64,000 nucleotides of DNA from Vicugna vicugna (Eukaryota), in the NCBI GenBank assembly GCA_013265495.1, contig MU061544.1, positions 396,214 through 460,213 of the forward strand, written 5' to 3'. Made by a program: the position numbers and the translations under genes. This document shows, piece by piece, positions 48,506 to 61,539 of this stretch (positions are counted from its first letter, which is position 1; the number at the start of each line of letters is the position of its first letter). Under the pieces are notes generated by a model that did no database searches, had not been told where the DNA came from, and was given only the letters and a program-made list of their open reading frames with translations.

Positions 48506-49687
48506 GTTTACCCCCTGGCTATGGTAAAATTCAATGCCTTTGTGGTAAATATGCTATATTTATGACTTTAGAGATGATGAAAGTGAAATTACTATGCTAT
48601 CACAAAACTTGCCTGCTTGATATGCTTTAAAATTATACAAACTGTCAATAAAGTTTAAATATTCACCCATATTAACAAGTCTTTCTATCAATTTATCTAG
48701 CCGTGGATCTATATTAATATATCCACTTGCCTAGTTATCATTATTTATCTTCACCCCAAACCCTGTCCTCAGATGGTATTTTAAAGACAGCCTGTGGCCA
48801 CAGAATGTAATTTTGAGAGAAGTAGATCTAGATGTGAATCTTGGCTCTACCACCTATTAGCATGTCTTTGGTTTGAATCAGGAAAAAAAGGATGTTAAAT
48901 TAGGTGCCATATCTCAAATACTTAGCCCACTATGTTTGTAATAATGAATATTTTTCAAATGAATTCAGTCATGCGTCATTGTAGCAACACAGAGACTAAG
49001 TCAAATGATGATAAACTAATTTGCCATTAAACACCAGATTTACTTAAAATTTAATCCTTTTTTTTTGTAAGAAAAAAAAAATCTAACTTTTAGCTTCTGA
49101 CTGTTCTTACTGGATTTACTAAGACTGTATTATAGGAGCCAATGCCAAGAGAAAGGTGACAAGGCAACAGGAAATCCAATGGAAACAATGAGATTTGGGA
49201 ATTCCTGTTTTCTTAAAATGATTTACTGGCCACAATATTGGTAAATTATTTCCCTGTCAATTAGAGTTGTTTAAACCTTTATTTAGAGAACCTGAAAGAA
49301 GTAATGGACTGTTCAGTATCACGCATTTGACATTTCAGTATTGGGTCAGTATGAATCTTAGTGAGACTGCATACGGTGTTTCTTTGGGGGATGCAATTAA
49401 AGCAGAATGATGTGTTGTACTTTAACCCTGCTGTTGAGATACAAGTATTGAAACTATTTTGAAATCAAATCAAATTTCAGAATGTATCACTTAACAAGTT
49501 ATTTGCTTCTATAATGACAATAAATTACTAGTTACCTAAAATGGTATCATTTTGATGAGTCACTTTAGCATTTTAAAAAAGATCAAAGTTTGACTTTTAA
49601 GTTTCAGAATATAACTGCCACCTCAATTTCAACTTAATTTACTTGCCCTACTTGAAATGTACTTCAAAAATCTTTATATCACACATT

Positions 49688-49836
49688 CTTTCTGGACTCT
49701 CTATTCTGATCTATTGATCTATGTGTCTGTTTTTGTGCCAGTACCTTACTGTTTTGATTACTGTAACTGTGTAATATAGTTTGAAGTCAGGCATGATACA
49801 TCCAGCTCTCTCAAGATTGATTTCGCTATTCAGGGT
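49688..49836 (-). mobile_element. Internal L1 ORF2 fragment
   Basis: 'ctattgatctatgtgtctgtttttgtgccagtaccttactgttttgattactgt' is antisense to ORF2 [15 protein letters not shown]. Confidence 0.8.
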
Positions 49837-50189
49837 TGGAATCAAATCTATTTAAATTAAGCAAGCTTATAAATAATTACATGGATTTATGTAGATCCCA
49901 GCTGCTATTAAAATATGACACAATTTTTGACTAACACATTTGTCTAATGGTTCTTCAAATAATTTCACAAATTCAAGGCTTTTTGCTCACATTTTATGAT
50001 AGTATGCCAAAGTTTTCAAGTTTAATGTTGTAATTCTATAAATTTTTTTCTCCCTAGGATAACATAGTGCACATTTTTTTTTGTTTTTGTTGTTATTGCT
50101 GTTTGTTATTGTGGTTTCTGTTGTTTTTCTTGTTTTCTACTCAGCATATCCTATGTTATTATTCTGAAGAACAAATAGAAGAAATGATA

Positions 50190-50550
50190 ATATGGAAGAT
50201 TCAAATCCACATATCAGATATTAAATTAAGTATAAACAGACAAAAATCTCCATCTTAAAAGTTAAAAATTGTCAGAAACATATAATCTTAAAAGCAAACT
50301 GTGTGTCCTACAGAAAAGGGGGAAAATATACAGCGCAGCAGTTATCCAGAGAAAGTCAGTGTTGTCATTCTTATATGAGGCAAAGCAGATATAAAGGAAA
50401 ACAGTTATGACTAGGGGGGAAAAAAGGCTTACTTCAATACAGTAAGGGCTGAATCCAAAAGGAAGATATAAACATCCTAACCTTATATTTGGATAATAAA
50501 TAATATAGCCTCAATTTACAAACCAAGAAGTGACAGAACTAAAAGGAAAT
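50190..50550 (+). mobile_element. Old L1M ORF2 endonuclease remnant
   Basis: 'aatccaaaaggaagatataaacatcctaaccttatatt...aatatagcctcaa...tgacagaactaaaagga'. Confidence 0.6.
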
Positions 50551-52149
50551 ACTGTTTTGATTACTGTAGCTCTGTAGTATAGCCTGAAGTCAGGGAACAT
50601 GATACCACCAACTTTGCTCTTTTTTTAATCAAGATTGCTTTGATTACTTGGGGTCTTTTGTGGTTCCAGATAAATTTTAGGATTATTTGTTCTAGTTCTG
50701 TGAAAAATGTCATGGGTATTTTGACAGGGATTGCATTAAATCTTAACACTGCTTTGGATAGCATAGGCATTTTAAAAATATTAATTCTTCCAATCCATGA
50801 ACAAAAGATATCTTTCCATTTCCTTGTTTTGTTTTCAATTTCCTTCATTAATGTCTTACAGTTTTTACAACACAGGTCTTTCACCCCCCTCCTTGGTTAA
50901 ATTTCTTGATATGATTGCAAATGGGATGGTTTTCTTGCTTTCTTAATGTATAGATAAGCAACAGATTTTTGTATACTAATTTTGTATTCCAAAATTTTAC
51001 TTAATTCATTTATCAGTTTTTTGGTGGAAACATTAGGGTTTTCTGTATGTAGCATGATGTCATCCTCAAATAGTGACAGTTTTACTTTTTACCTTCCAAC
51101 TGGAATGGCTGTTATTTCTTTTTCCTGTCTGATTCCATAGCCAGGACTTCAAAATAAAATGTAAAATATAAGTGGTAAGAGTGGGCATCCTTGTCTTGTT
51201 ACTGATTTTAGAGGAAAAGCTTTCAGCTTTTCACTGTTGGGTAAGATGTTAGCTGTGGATTGGTTCGTCATAAATGGCCTTTTTATGTTGAGATACATTG
51301 CCTCTATACTTAGTCAAGAATTTATACCATGAATGGGTGCTCAATTTTGTCAAATGCTTCTTCTGCATCTATTGAAATGATCTTATGTTCTTTATCTTTC
51401 ATTTTGTTAATGTGGTGTATCACACTGATTGATTGTTAGATATGAAACCACCTTACATCCCTGGAATAAATCCCACTTGAGCATGATGCATGATTCTTTT
51501 TATACATTGTTGAATTCAATTTGCTACTATTTTGTTGAGGACTTTTGCATCTATATTCACCAGAGATAATGACTTATAATTTTCTTTTCTGTAGTACATT
51601 TTTCTGGTTTGAATATCAGGATAATGGTGGTCTTGTAGAGTGAATTTGGGAGTATTTCCTCCTCTTCAGTTTTTTGGAATAGTTTGAGAAGGATAGGCAT
51701 TAACTTTTTCTATGTTTGCAAAGTCATCTGGCCCTGGACGTTTGTTTGTTAGGAGTTTTTGACTGATTCAATTTCAATACCAGTACTCAAGTGTGTTCAG
51801 ATTATCTATTTCTTCCTGATTCAGTCTTGGAAGACTGTATGTTTCTAGGAGTATTTCCATTTCTTCTAGGCTGTCCAATTTGTTGGTGTATAATTTTTTA
51901 TAATATTCTCTTATGATTGTTTTCACTTCTGTGATATTGGATGTAATTTCTCCTCTTTCACGTCCTATTTTATTTGGGTCCTTTTTTCTTAATGAGTCTA
52001 GCTAAAGGCCTTCTTTTTGTTTCCATTTAAATGGAGTATCTTTTTTCTATCGCCTCACGTTAAGTCTGTGTGCATCTTTAGCTCTGAAGTGAGTCTCTTC
52101 AAGGCAGCATATCAGTAGGTCTTATTATTTTTTAATCTAATAAGCCACG
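50551..52149 (-). mobile_element. L1 ORF2 fragment (RT region plus endonuclease N-terminus) with internal deletions and no 3' end
   Basis: ORF 50561-50884 ([48 protein letters not shown]). Segment 52010-52149 is antisense to the endonuclease CCL.ETH region. Confidence 0.9.
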
Positions 52150-53164
52150 CAGGACACTGTAACTCTTTGTGGACTGAGGATTTTAATATGCACTGGCATC
52201 ATACAGTTCTAGTTAGTATGCCATGCCGAACTTAGTTTCTTGATATTCTTTAAAATTATACAAATTTTAAATAAAATGTGGTTTTTCATACTCAGAAGAT
52301 GCTATCACTTCATATTTATTATATATTCATCTATTATTATTTATCCACACTCCCAACCCCTAGGCTCAGTGGGCTGCTCTTTAAAATTACAAAAGTTAAT
52401 TAGCCTGAGCTTGAATATACACAAAGTTAAGTTCACTAGAAATTTTTTTCCCTTTGTCTTCTCAATTTCTTCCCCTTAGGTCCTCATTTCCATTTATGTT
52501 ACCCCTCTTGACTGTCAATTACTCCTCGTTTATTTGTATAGGAACTGATCAAGTACAGTTCTTTTTTTTCAATCTTTTTCTATAATTGCTTATCACCACC
52601 TTCTATTCGCTCCAAGGTATTTAAGGCCTTTTAGGCATTTTCACATTCCCTTTCGTGTATTATGTATCCTTTCTCTATTGCTATTAAGCTCAGACTTTTT
52701 AACACGTAATATTACAAAACTGCCATTGTTCTACATAGCTGCCATCTAAACTATAGAGAATCACACTTTCACAGTACAGTGGGCTAGTAATGAAAACCAC
52801 TTGCAATGACTTTTTAAATGTTTCCTAAAATTATGCTCTTTTATTTGGATAAATCATTTTGGTTACATAAGTGGTTTAGAAATGTGACATTATTTAGTTG
52901 CAGAGGGATTTATTTTTTAACAGTGCAGCAATTACATCCTAAAATAACTATTATTCAATCCTTTCCGCTAGTCTTGGGAGACTAAGCAGATGTCAGATAT
53001 TCTAAAATATCTGACTTTAGGTAAGTTTGGGATGTTACTGTGAAAGAGGCATTTTGAGATCTGTTAGATAGGAGGATGCCAGTAAGCTGTGCACTTACAT
53101 AATGATGGCAACAGCTCTCAGAGGGGCATTTGAAACGTAATAGTCGGGTCTTGGAATAATACTA

Positions 53165-53310
53165 TTGTAGAGCTAGATGAAGAAATTTAGAACTCATCTC
53201 TCTGTTCATTTTTTAATAGGTGAGGAAATGAAGTGATCCAAATAATTTGAGAACCTGCCTGAAATTATGCATCTAATTAAAGGCATACCCTAGGAAGATC
53301 TCTGGACTTT
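53165..53310 (+). mobile_element. MIR fragment
   Basis: 'ttcattttttaataggtgaggaaatgaag...acctgcctgaaattatgcatctaattaa'. Confidence 0.55.
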
Positions 53311-53807
53311 AAATTAAATTGGCTTTACTACACATCTTCCCACTCTCGTTCCACATTTGCTTCTTTTAGAGAGAGAAAGAAGCTTGACAGAATATTTTAA
53401 TAGAAAATGCGTGGATTTTCACTTCAGGACAATCTGAATTTGAAACTTTCCTAAGCCAAAATCTTCACTTGTTTATCTAGTATCCTCCAGAATGACTGGA
53501 CTCATTCTCCACCTTCTTTCTTGCATCATCATTCCCTGCCCATCCCCCAATTCTACTGGCTCATTCTCATTAGCATTCAAACATGCTGTCATTTCTGTCA
53601 TCCACAAAGAAATCATTTTTTACTTCACATCTCTCTCCAGATACTTTCCAATTTCTTACACCCCATTTATGGGAAAATCGTAAAAAACTGCACAGAAGTT
53701 TTGAGATAATATATCCAATTATTTTCTTCCCATTCTCCTTTGAACTTGCTTCATACGGGATCTCTATCCATCATTCCAACAACACAGCTCTTGCCAAGGT
53801 CACCACA

Positions 53808-54250
53808 TCAGTCAACTGTATAACAAGCAAATAATCTCTTATAAAAGCACATAATCTCTCTGGCTTCTGTCTATCAAAAGCAGTTGTCTAGGAGTCAGGT
53901 GACAGAGATGCATGCTGGGCTAGACAGTTTTAAGCTGCTGACTGGGTTTGAGTCTCTCTCATGGGTGTCTTATCCTCCTTGGATCAAAAGGCTAACCAGA
54001 TCACGTCTTTCTCATGGTGATATAGAAGGACAAGATGAACAGAAATATGCCTACCTCTTAAGGAACTAGCATATATAGAACTGCTATCTGTGTTTCAACA
54101 ACCTAAACAGGTAACGTGGCTGAGTCCAAGGTTAGGGACAGGAATACATTTTCTCTCTAGTGGGAAGAACTGAAAAGCCACAAGGTGGAGGACATGAATA
54201 GAGACAGAGGTGAAGAACTGGAGAAAATACATTAATGTTAATATACCACT
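53808..54250 (-). mobile_element. MLT1 LTR nested in L2
   Basis: 'gtaacgtggctgagtccaagg', 'ctctagtgggaagaactgaaaagccacaaggtggaggacatgaataga' and 'gaggtgaagaactgg'. Confidence 0.65.
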
Positions 54251-54557
54251 GTTACTAATGAGCTCCACAGTACTAAATCAAATAGTCACATGTAAATGCT
54301 CATCTGTTTTGAATATTCAGCAGCATGTGACACAGTTAATCAGTACTTCATGCTGAGGCTGTTTTTCCCTTGACTTTTAACTCACCTCATACGCCTAGTT
54401 TTCTCTCTTCCTCTTCACGGGCTTTTCCTTCCATACTTTGTCGGTTCTCTGTCATCAGTTTTTACACTGGATTACCCCGGGAATCAACCTTGAGACATTT
54501 TCTCTTTGCTCTCTATACTAATCCTCTTGTTGAACTCACTCAGGGTTATGGCTTAAA

Positions 54558-54665
54558 AACTATAATACTTAACATTACTGAATTATATACTTTAAAATGG
54601 TTAAGATGGTATATTTTATGGTATATATTTTTAACCACAATTAACAATAAGAAGAAATAAAGTAA
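54558..54665 (+). mobile_element. Old L1 (L1MB-type) extreme 3' end
   Basis: 'tacttaacattactgaattatatactttaaaatggttaagatggtatattttatggtatatatttttaaccacaatt'. Confidence 0.75.
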
Positions 54666-55519
54666 AAACCCATCTATAGACTGATAAAACATAAATTTAT
54701 ATCTTCAGCTTTTATGTCTGTGTTTAAAGTTCAATATCATATATCCAAGTATATTCAAATGTCCAATAAAAATATGAAACTTGATATATTCAAAGTCCAA
54801 CTACTCATCTCCCACCAACACAAATATGTCCCTCGAGGTACTTCTCCCACCTCCACAAGTAGCAACAGCAACAGCATACTTTTAGTTGCTCGGCCCAAAA
54901 CCTTTTTGGTTATCCTTAACTTTGCTTTTTCTCCTATACCCAACATCCAATCTATTAGCAATTCCTACTAGTTCTACCTTCAAAATACATCCAGGACCTG
55001 AGCAAAACTCTTCACCTCCAATGTGCTCCCCCTTTTTCTAAGTCACCATCATTTCTGGCCTGATCCATTATCATAGCCTCCTAATCCCTGTCCATTACAC
55101 CATCTTCTTCCACATGCAGTCTATTCTCAACCTAACAGCTAGAGGAATCCTTTTAAAGCAAAAGTTGAATTAGATCACTCATCTCATTCTAATTCTCCAG
55201 TTATTTCCCAACCTTACTCCAAGTAAACTCCAAGTTCCTCCAATGGCCTTCAAAGGTCATCCAAAATTCAGTCTCCTTACCTCTCTGACCTCATTTTCCA
55301 TGACTCTAAACCTCACTCCTTATATGACAGGGAAAAAAAAAACAGCAAAAACTGATGGTCAAACAGCTTTTGAATTGCTATTGTGAGAACAGGGTCACTA
55401 TATACATTTGTGCAGGTCACACAATACACAAAGACAAGGAGCAAAGACATGTTGTAATCTATGTGAATGTTTCTGTTAAAGCTGTGGAGTTCTCAACCCA
55501 CATGGTCTTAGATCCTTGT

Positions 55520-56130
55520 CACTGGGGGACAGAAATAAGTGGGATAAATCAGGAAAATGCAAAATATTTAACACAGTGATGAGCGTTAAAAGGAAAAACA
55601 AAGAACAGACGGGGTGGGTAACACAAGTCTAAGTAGGATGAACCTGTAAGGTCTTCAAAAGAGGGTGAGCATTCAACAAATAACTGGAGGAGGTGAGAGA
55701 GTAAGTCCTTTAGATAACTGGGATATCACAGTTAGGCAAAGCAACAGCTTATGAGAGGAAGAACATCTGAGATGAAGCATATTCCGCATGCTCTAAGAGG
55801 AAGGAAGCCAGTGTGGCTGAAGCAAAGTGAGCAAGTGGATAGTTTCAGAATATGAGGTCACAGACATAAAGGGAACCATGATTGTATAGCATCCTGTAAG
55901 GTTTTTTGCTTTCACTCTGAGTGAGAACATAGCTATTGCAGGCTATGAACAATCCTACCTTTAGCTTTAAAAAATACACCTGACTGAAAGGAAAGAAATC
56001 TCTGGCTGCTTTGTTGAAAAAGACTGCAGGGAATCAAGGGTGGAAGCAAAGAGACCAGTGAAGACATAGATGACTGGAGGCTGGGTAGACTAGATAGAAT
56101 GACAGCTTTGGAGATGGGGTGAAATTTTAC
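55520..56130 (-). mobile_element. L2 3' region
   Basis: 'aaggaagccagtgtggctgaagcaaagtgagcaag', 'ctctggctgctttgttgaaaaagactgcaggg' and 'gtggaagcaaagagaccagt'. Confidence 0.75.
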
Positions 56131-57187
56131 TGGGTTACTAGTGTAAACTGGATCTGTTTATGACTATATTGTCTCATCACTTATTAGTCATATATATGTG
56201 ATTGATGTGTTATGTGTGTGTGTGTACGTGCATGTATACGTATGTCTGTTATCAAGATGACTGAACTATTTGGTTCTAATGGTTGTTTAACTTCAAAATT
56301 AGGCTATGTAGACATGTCACTTCCGTAAACCAAATAAGTCTCGTCTGTTTCTAATACCAGTATTTCTTTGCCCATTTTAAATATTTTTTGTAATCCAGAA
56401 AAATTTTGAATGGTTTGAGTCATTTTACCCATGTTTAGGCATGTATTACTGAGTATATTAAGAGTATCACTCCATTAACTCACATTTAGTATCATGTTCA
56501 TTCTCTATTTCTAGTAAAATATGCTTTATGAGATTGAAAGGAATCTATTTCTAAAGACTTTTAACAGGAATTGCTATTAATATTGTCAGTCTTTTCCAGC
56601 AACTTTTGAAATATCTGTATAATTTATTTTTGTTTCATATTTCTCAAAAGAATTCTGTTAACTTTTTTTTTTAAGTTGTGAAACTTCCTTGAATTCGTGG
56701 GATAACATCTACTAGGTCACGAATAACTTTTAAGAATCTGTTACATTTAATTTGTCAATATTATATTTCAGGGATATATACACGTGTTCTTAAGTGAAAA
56801 TGATCATTTTCTTTCTATAAGTGTTATCTTTACCCAGTGTTGCTCTCAGGGCTAATCTGACAACCAGAATTAATTGACAAGTTCTCCACAAAATTCCATG
56901 TTGTTTAACCAACCACATGATTTGAAACGTTTCTTCTAAGGTTATTAATTCTTTCATACTTTATACCCCTTTCAGGCATCTTTTGTTAAGTAAGAGGTCA
57001 ATGTGATAGAAATGTGGGTGTCTGGCTTGCCACCTTGAATCTGAATATTCTCATACAAAGTTTTGTAAATAACACTTAGGTATTATTTATTAAACTATTT
57101 CCACTACATTTTCTACCTTATACTATTCTAAATATAACTTTGTTTTTAAGTCAAATGGATAATAAGGTTTTCAATTTATTTTCAATT

Positions 57188-57288
57188 CTTTTTTTTTTTC
57201 TTTCTTTTTTTGTGTAGGTACTGGAGATTGAACCCAGGACCCTGTGCATGCTAAGCATACGCTCTACCACTGAGCTATTACCCTCCCC
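57188..57288 (-). mobile_element. Short camelid tRNA-Ala-derived SINE (head plus A-rich tail only)
   Basis: GGGGAGGGTAATAGCTCAGTGGTAGAGCGTATGCTTAGCATGCACAGGGTCCTGGGTTCAATCTCCAGTACCT followed directly by an A-rich tract. Confidence 0.88.
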
Positions 57289-58299
57289 TTCTTGTTTTGT
57301 TGTTTAGAATTCAGAGAATGTGGCCTAAACGATATTCTTTATGAATTAAATAAACTTTAATTTTCTTTGTGGCTATAATACAGTCAGCGTTTGGAAGTGT
57401 TCCAGAACAACTTGACAAGAACTCTTTCTGAGATACAATTTTCTCTACACATCTCTTTGACTCAGCTTGTTATTCTTCTATTTAAATTTCCTATTTTAAT
57501 TTATTTTGTCTATTTGATTTGTCAATTTTCTGGGGGAAAACATTAAGGATTCCCTCTACATGGACTCATTTTCAGTATTTTTGGAAAATATTTTATATTT
57601 TGATATTACCTTGTTCAATGAGTAATTACACTGAGCCATTATATATATTTTGGGGGGGGGATTGAGTAAAATTTCATAGTATATTTACGTGGCATTTATA
57701 TTAATTCACATGGCATTTCATAAAACTGAACAAAACTAGGACATTACTAATACGATAAAAATACTAATAAATTAGAGTTAAGTACAATAAGAGTATTGTG
57801 AAAAGCAAAAGTTATGGAAATCTCATTATATATATTCCTGATGGGCTATATCATTTGACAAGATAAAATATCCCCCACTTACTTCACTGAATGATTTTAA
57901 ACTTGAATTCTACTCTGACCAATAACATAATAATCTTATAATGTTATTTTAAAAATCTGTATTGTCTTTATCCTTATTTTTAGCCTTATGATGTCATTAT
58001 ACATATTTTTATCTCTAAGAAAAATTAGTAAATTTCTATTACTGATTTAGCCTAATTTGTCATAATATCTTGTGTTTTCTACTTGTTTTGAATTTTACAC
58101 CTTTCTTTCACTTTTCTTTTTCTTTTTCCTAGCTTGATTTATCAAGATTTTTGTTATTATTGCTTTTCTGGTTTCTAAAGTTGTTTCTAGTTCCTTTGAA
58201 ATTATAGACTCATTTTTATCTTTAGCAATCTACATAAAAGGTTAACAAAGTGATGTAAATTTTGTAGGTATTTCAGTGTCAAGAAATCAAGAATTAGAC

Positions 58300-58520
58300 A
58301 GTATTTGTGTCAGGCTGCTAGTTTTCCTCAAATATCTCTTCCTACCATTTTTATTCAAAAAATAAAGCACCTGAGTTGCAGCTGGGCACATTGCCACCCA
58401 ACAAGAGAGCATAATTCCCAGCCTTCCATAGTTGTGTTCATTTGACTAAGTTCTAGAGAAACTTTTATTTGTGTGTTATGTGAGAAAGTGCTGCTTCACT
58501 TCCTATTGAAAGGCAAAAAT
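58300..58520 (+). mobile_element. MLT1J-like LTR fragment
   Basis: 'gctgggcacattgccaccca...attcccagccttcc...tgactaagttctag'. Confidence 0.6.
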
Positions 58521-58678
58521 ACTTGCCCTAGATACCCACGGGTAGGCTGAGATGACTTTGAAAATATATATATAGATTTTACAGAGGGAAAATTACTATT
58601 TGTATATAAATCTCCCACACTTTGTGTAAAATATGGTTTTATAAATTAAAATTATAAAAACTTAATATAAAAATAATA

Positions 58679-58760
58679 ACTATGTTAGACTATATGAAAT
58701 TATCAATAGTTGGTAGTTTTGATCTGAGAAATGGGCAATTTCATATGGTCCCATCTAATA
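58679..58760. mobile_element. MADE2-like mariner MITE (~80 bp)
   Basis: Imperfect terminal inverted repeats 'tatgttagactatatgaaattatc' / 'ggcaatttcatatggtcccatctaata'. Confidence 0.7.
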
Positions 58761-59054
58761 AGAAACCAAATTTATGACATGAGACATGAGAAAGTTTAAG
58801 CACATTAATTTCAACATTTTCCAATGAAGGAAGAAAAACAAAATCTTAAGTTGACAAGTCAAGAATAGATTATTATTACTTTAAAAGTATATATTATAGA
58901 GCTTATAACATTACATATATTGTAAAAATAATCACCAGAAAGTAGGGATGGAAAGAGCCTGCTAATATACTCATTCTTCATAGTGAAGAGTTCAAAAAGG
59001 TAATTATATGTCATAGTTCATTATATTTTCACTGATTTTAAAATGCATCATTAT

Positions 59055-59267
59055 GTTTGAGATTTGCAAATGATAACTACTATATACAAAAATATATAAA
59101 AACAAATTTCTTCTGTATAGCACAGAGAACTACATTCAGTATCTTGTAATAACCTTTAATGAAAAAGAATACGGAAGTGAGTATATGCATGTATATGCAT
59201 GACTGGGACATTATGCTGTGCACCAGAAATTGACAAATTGTAACTGACTATACTTCAATAAAAAAAA
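59055..59267 (+). mobile_element. 5'-truncated young L1 3' UTR with TSD
   Basis: Ends 'gactatacttcaataaaaaaaaa'. TSD aaaatgcatcattat (59040-59054) / aagatgcattattat (59268-59282). Confidence 0.9.
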
Positions 59268-59599
59268 AAGATGCATTATTATAGCCTGCACAATTTTACT
59301 TTTAATTCAGTCATCAGTGGTTTTTTTTTCATATTTTAATCTCCTCTGTGCCTTCAAGAGCATTTGAGATACTGTATTTCTTTAAAAAATTAAATAAGTA
59401 GGAATGCTAAGAGCCATCAGTCATAGGTTCTCAAGCTACCATTGTAATTATTTAGAACCAGCCTACTTCGGATTTTCACTCTGGGAATGTTCCAAATATA
59501 TCTGATTCACCAGAACCCCCTCTTCCAATACCTTCCAGTAATTTAGATTAAATATCTTTTAATTTATAGAATAAATCAAAGGGTGAATAGAAATTAACT

Positions 59600-60170
59600 G
59601 CCAGCCTTCTGAATTATAAATAGAAAAACAGAATTATATAAAAATGTGTTTATCAAAAATAAAGGGGTAATATTAGATACAGATAAGATAATATACAGTA
59701 AGAGAAAAGGAGTAAAATAAAATCTTCTGAATACATCAATAAATGTAAATAGGAAAAGTTAACCTATTAGAAGGAAAGGATTCTTGGATAATATCAAAAC
59801 TCAGCCTGAAAATGTGGTATATGAAAAATAGTTACACTAAATGAATAAAAGTAAATGATTATAAAGGTCCAACTAGTCATATTATGAAAATAAGAGTTGT
59901 GACATTAATATCATGAAAGATTTAATTAAAGGCAAAATACTTTAAAAACAAATGTGCCACTTTATAATGATAAAATGTACAATTCATCATAAAGTTATTT
60001 TTATGCCTCTTAACTTCTGAAAAAAAAAACAATTTCTCAAAACATGAAATGAGAAACTAAAAGAAAACCACAATAAGAAGTTTTAAGTATTACCTGGAAG
60101 CTCATCATAATAAACATAGAGACAAATGATAAAAATATACACAAATAATACCAACAACTTACATTTTTAA
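59600..60170 (+). mobile_element. Old L1M ORF2 5' (endonuclease) remnant
   Basis: 'atcaataaatgtaaatagg...aaacctattagaaggaaaggattcttgga' and 'cactttataatgataaaatgtacaattcatca'. Confidence 0.55.
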
Positions 60171-60172
60171 GT

Positions 60173-60725
60173 TAAAGACATGCAAATGGCCAACAGGTAA
60201 TATGAAAAGGTACTCAATATTACTAATCATCAGGGAAATGCAAATCAAAACCACAATGAGATATCACCTCACACCTGTTAGAATGGTTATCATTAAAAAG
60301 ATAAGAAATAGCCAAGTGTGGAGAAAAGGGAACCCTTGTACATTGCTGGTGGCAATGTAAAGTGGTGCAACCACTATGGAAAATAGTACAGAGGTGCATC
60401 GAAAAATTAAAAATAGAACTGATCTGATGCAGAAATTCCCCTTTGTGTATATATCCAAAGGATATAAAATCACTATCTGCAGTGCAATCTGCACTCCCAT
60501 GTTCATTGCAGCATTATTCGCAGTAGTCAAAATAATGGAAACTTACCCAACGACAGATGAATGGATAACACCCATTTTACATATACATAAATACACACAT
60601 ACATACACTATAATACAATTATATATATACAACTGCACTGTGTGTGTAACAGAATATTACTCAGCCTTAAAAAGAAAGAAATCTTTCCATTTGCAACAAC
60701 ATGGATGAAACTGGAGGACATTCTG
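60173..60725 (+). mobile_element. L1MA-type ORF2 C-terminal fragment lacking the 3' UTR
   Basis: 'aagacatgcaaatggccaacagg...caaatcaaaaccacaatgagatatcacc', [10 protein letters not shown], ending at 'catggatgaaactggaggacatt'. Confidence 0.85.
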
Positions 60726-61384
60726 CCTGGGAAGAGATAATGTATAGCTAATTTTAGGCAGAGCTACCACTGTGTATAAATCATGCAATTTTCTATGCAT
60801 AGAATAACTTTTTTCTCTGTATTTTTTGGCGTAGAATATTATAAGGTTCAGACTGAGTTTTCCTTAATAATGTATTTATATTATTGCTGCCATATCTGAA
60901 AAACTCATCAATATTAATCTCTAATGATTCCATCCATGTAGAAAATAAGGAAAAGAAAAAAATAATTACCAGGAAAAGAAAATATCTTTGTACTTCTTCC
61001 TTCCTTTCACTATAGCTAGAAGACAACAGTCCATGAGCCACGAATTTCTATTTCAAAGTTGTTCATTTAGTCATTCACGAACTCTCATCTGTGCTAGGAG
61101 TTGGAAAAACATTCATGTAAAAGATATAAATGGCCCTTTCTGAGACGTCTAGAAGAATCAAATTAAATTGGTAAATACAATAGAATCATTACTGTTATCT
61201 AAAAACTGGTGATTGTTTCCAGTTAACAAAGAATGCAACCTAATCCAAAAATAGGAGGTCAGATAATATCCCAAGACAGACCCAAGATTCTTCCCTATGT
61301 CAACAGATATCCTGGGATGTCAACTTGGTTGTAGCAAAAATGCAGTCCATCTCTAATTAAAATTAGACTTTTTAAAACTTTTCT

Positions 61385-61518
61385 AGGTAGTGGTTATATC
61401 TATTACCTTGACTGCAATGATGGTTTCTTGGGTGTATGGATATGTTCTATTTTATCAAACTGTATATGTTAAATATGTGCAGTTTTTATATCAATTTTAC
61501 TTCAATAAAGCTGTTAAA
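61385..61518 (+). mobile_element. Old L1M extreme 3' end
   Basis: 'tattaccttgactgcaatgatggtttcttgggtgtat...tcaaactgtatatgttaaatatgtgcagttt...cttcaataaagctgtt'. Confidence 0.75.
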
Positions 61519-61539
61519 ATGAGCACTTCCTTAAATTGT

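Larger units (their letters stand above)
53470..55320 (+). mobile_element. L2 ORF2-to-3' remnant interrupted by an MLT1 LTR and an L1 3' end
   Basis: 'acagctcttgccaaggtcacca' (53785-53806) resumes as 'actaatgagctccacagtactaaatcaaatagtca' (54255 on). Later 'cccaacatccaatctattagcaattcct...ccttcaaaatacatccag'. Confidence 0.8.

Noticed and set aside
48705..48735. Imperfect hairpin gtggat...atccac, a possible miRNA
   Set aside because: It is too short and bulged for a pre-miRNA and has an AT-only core
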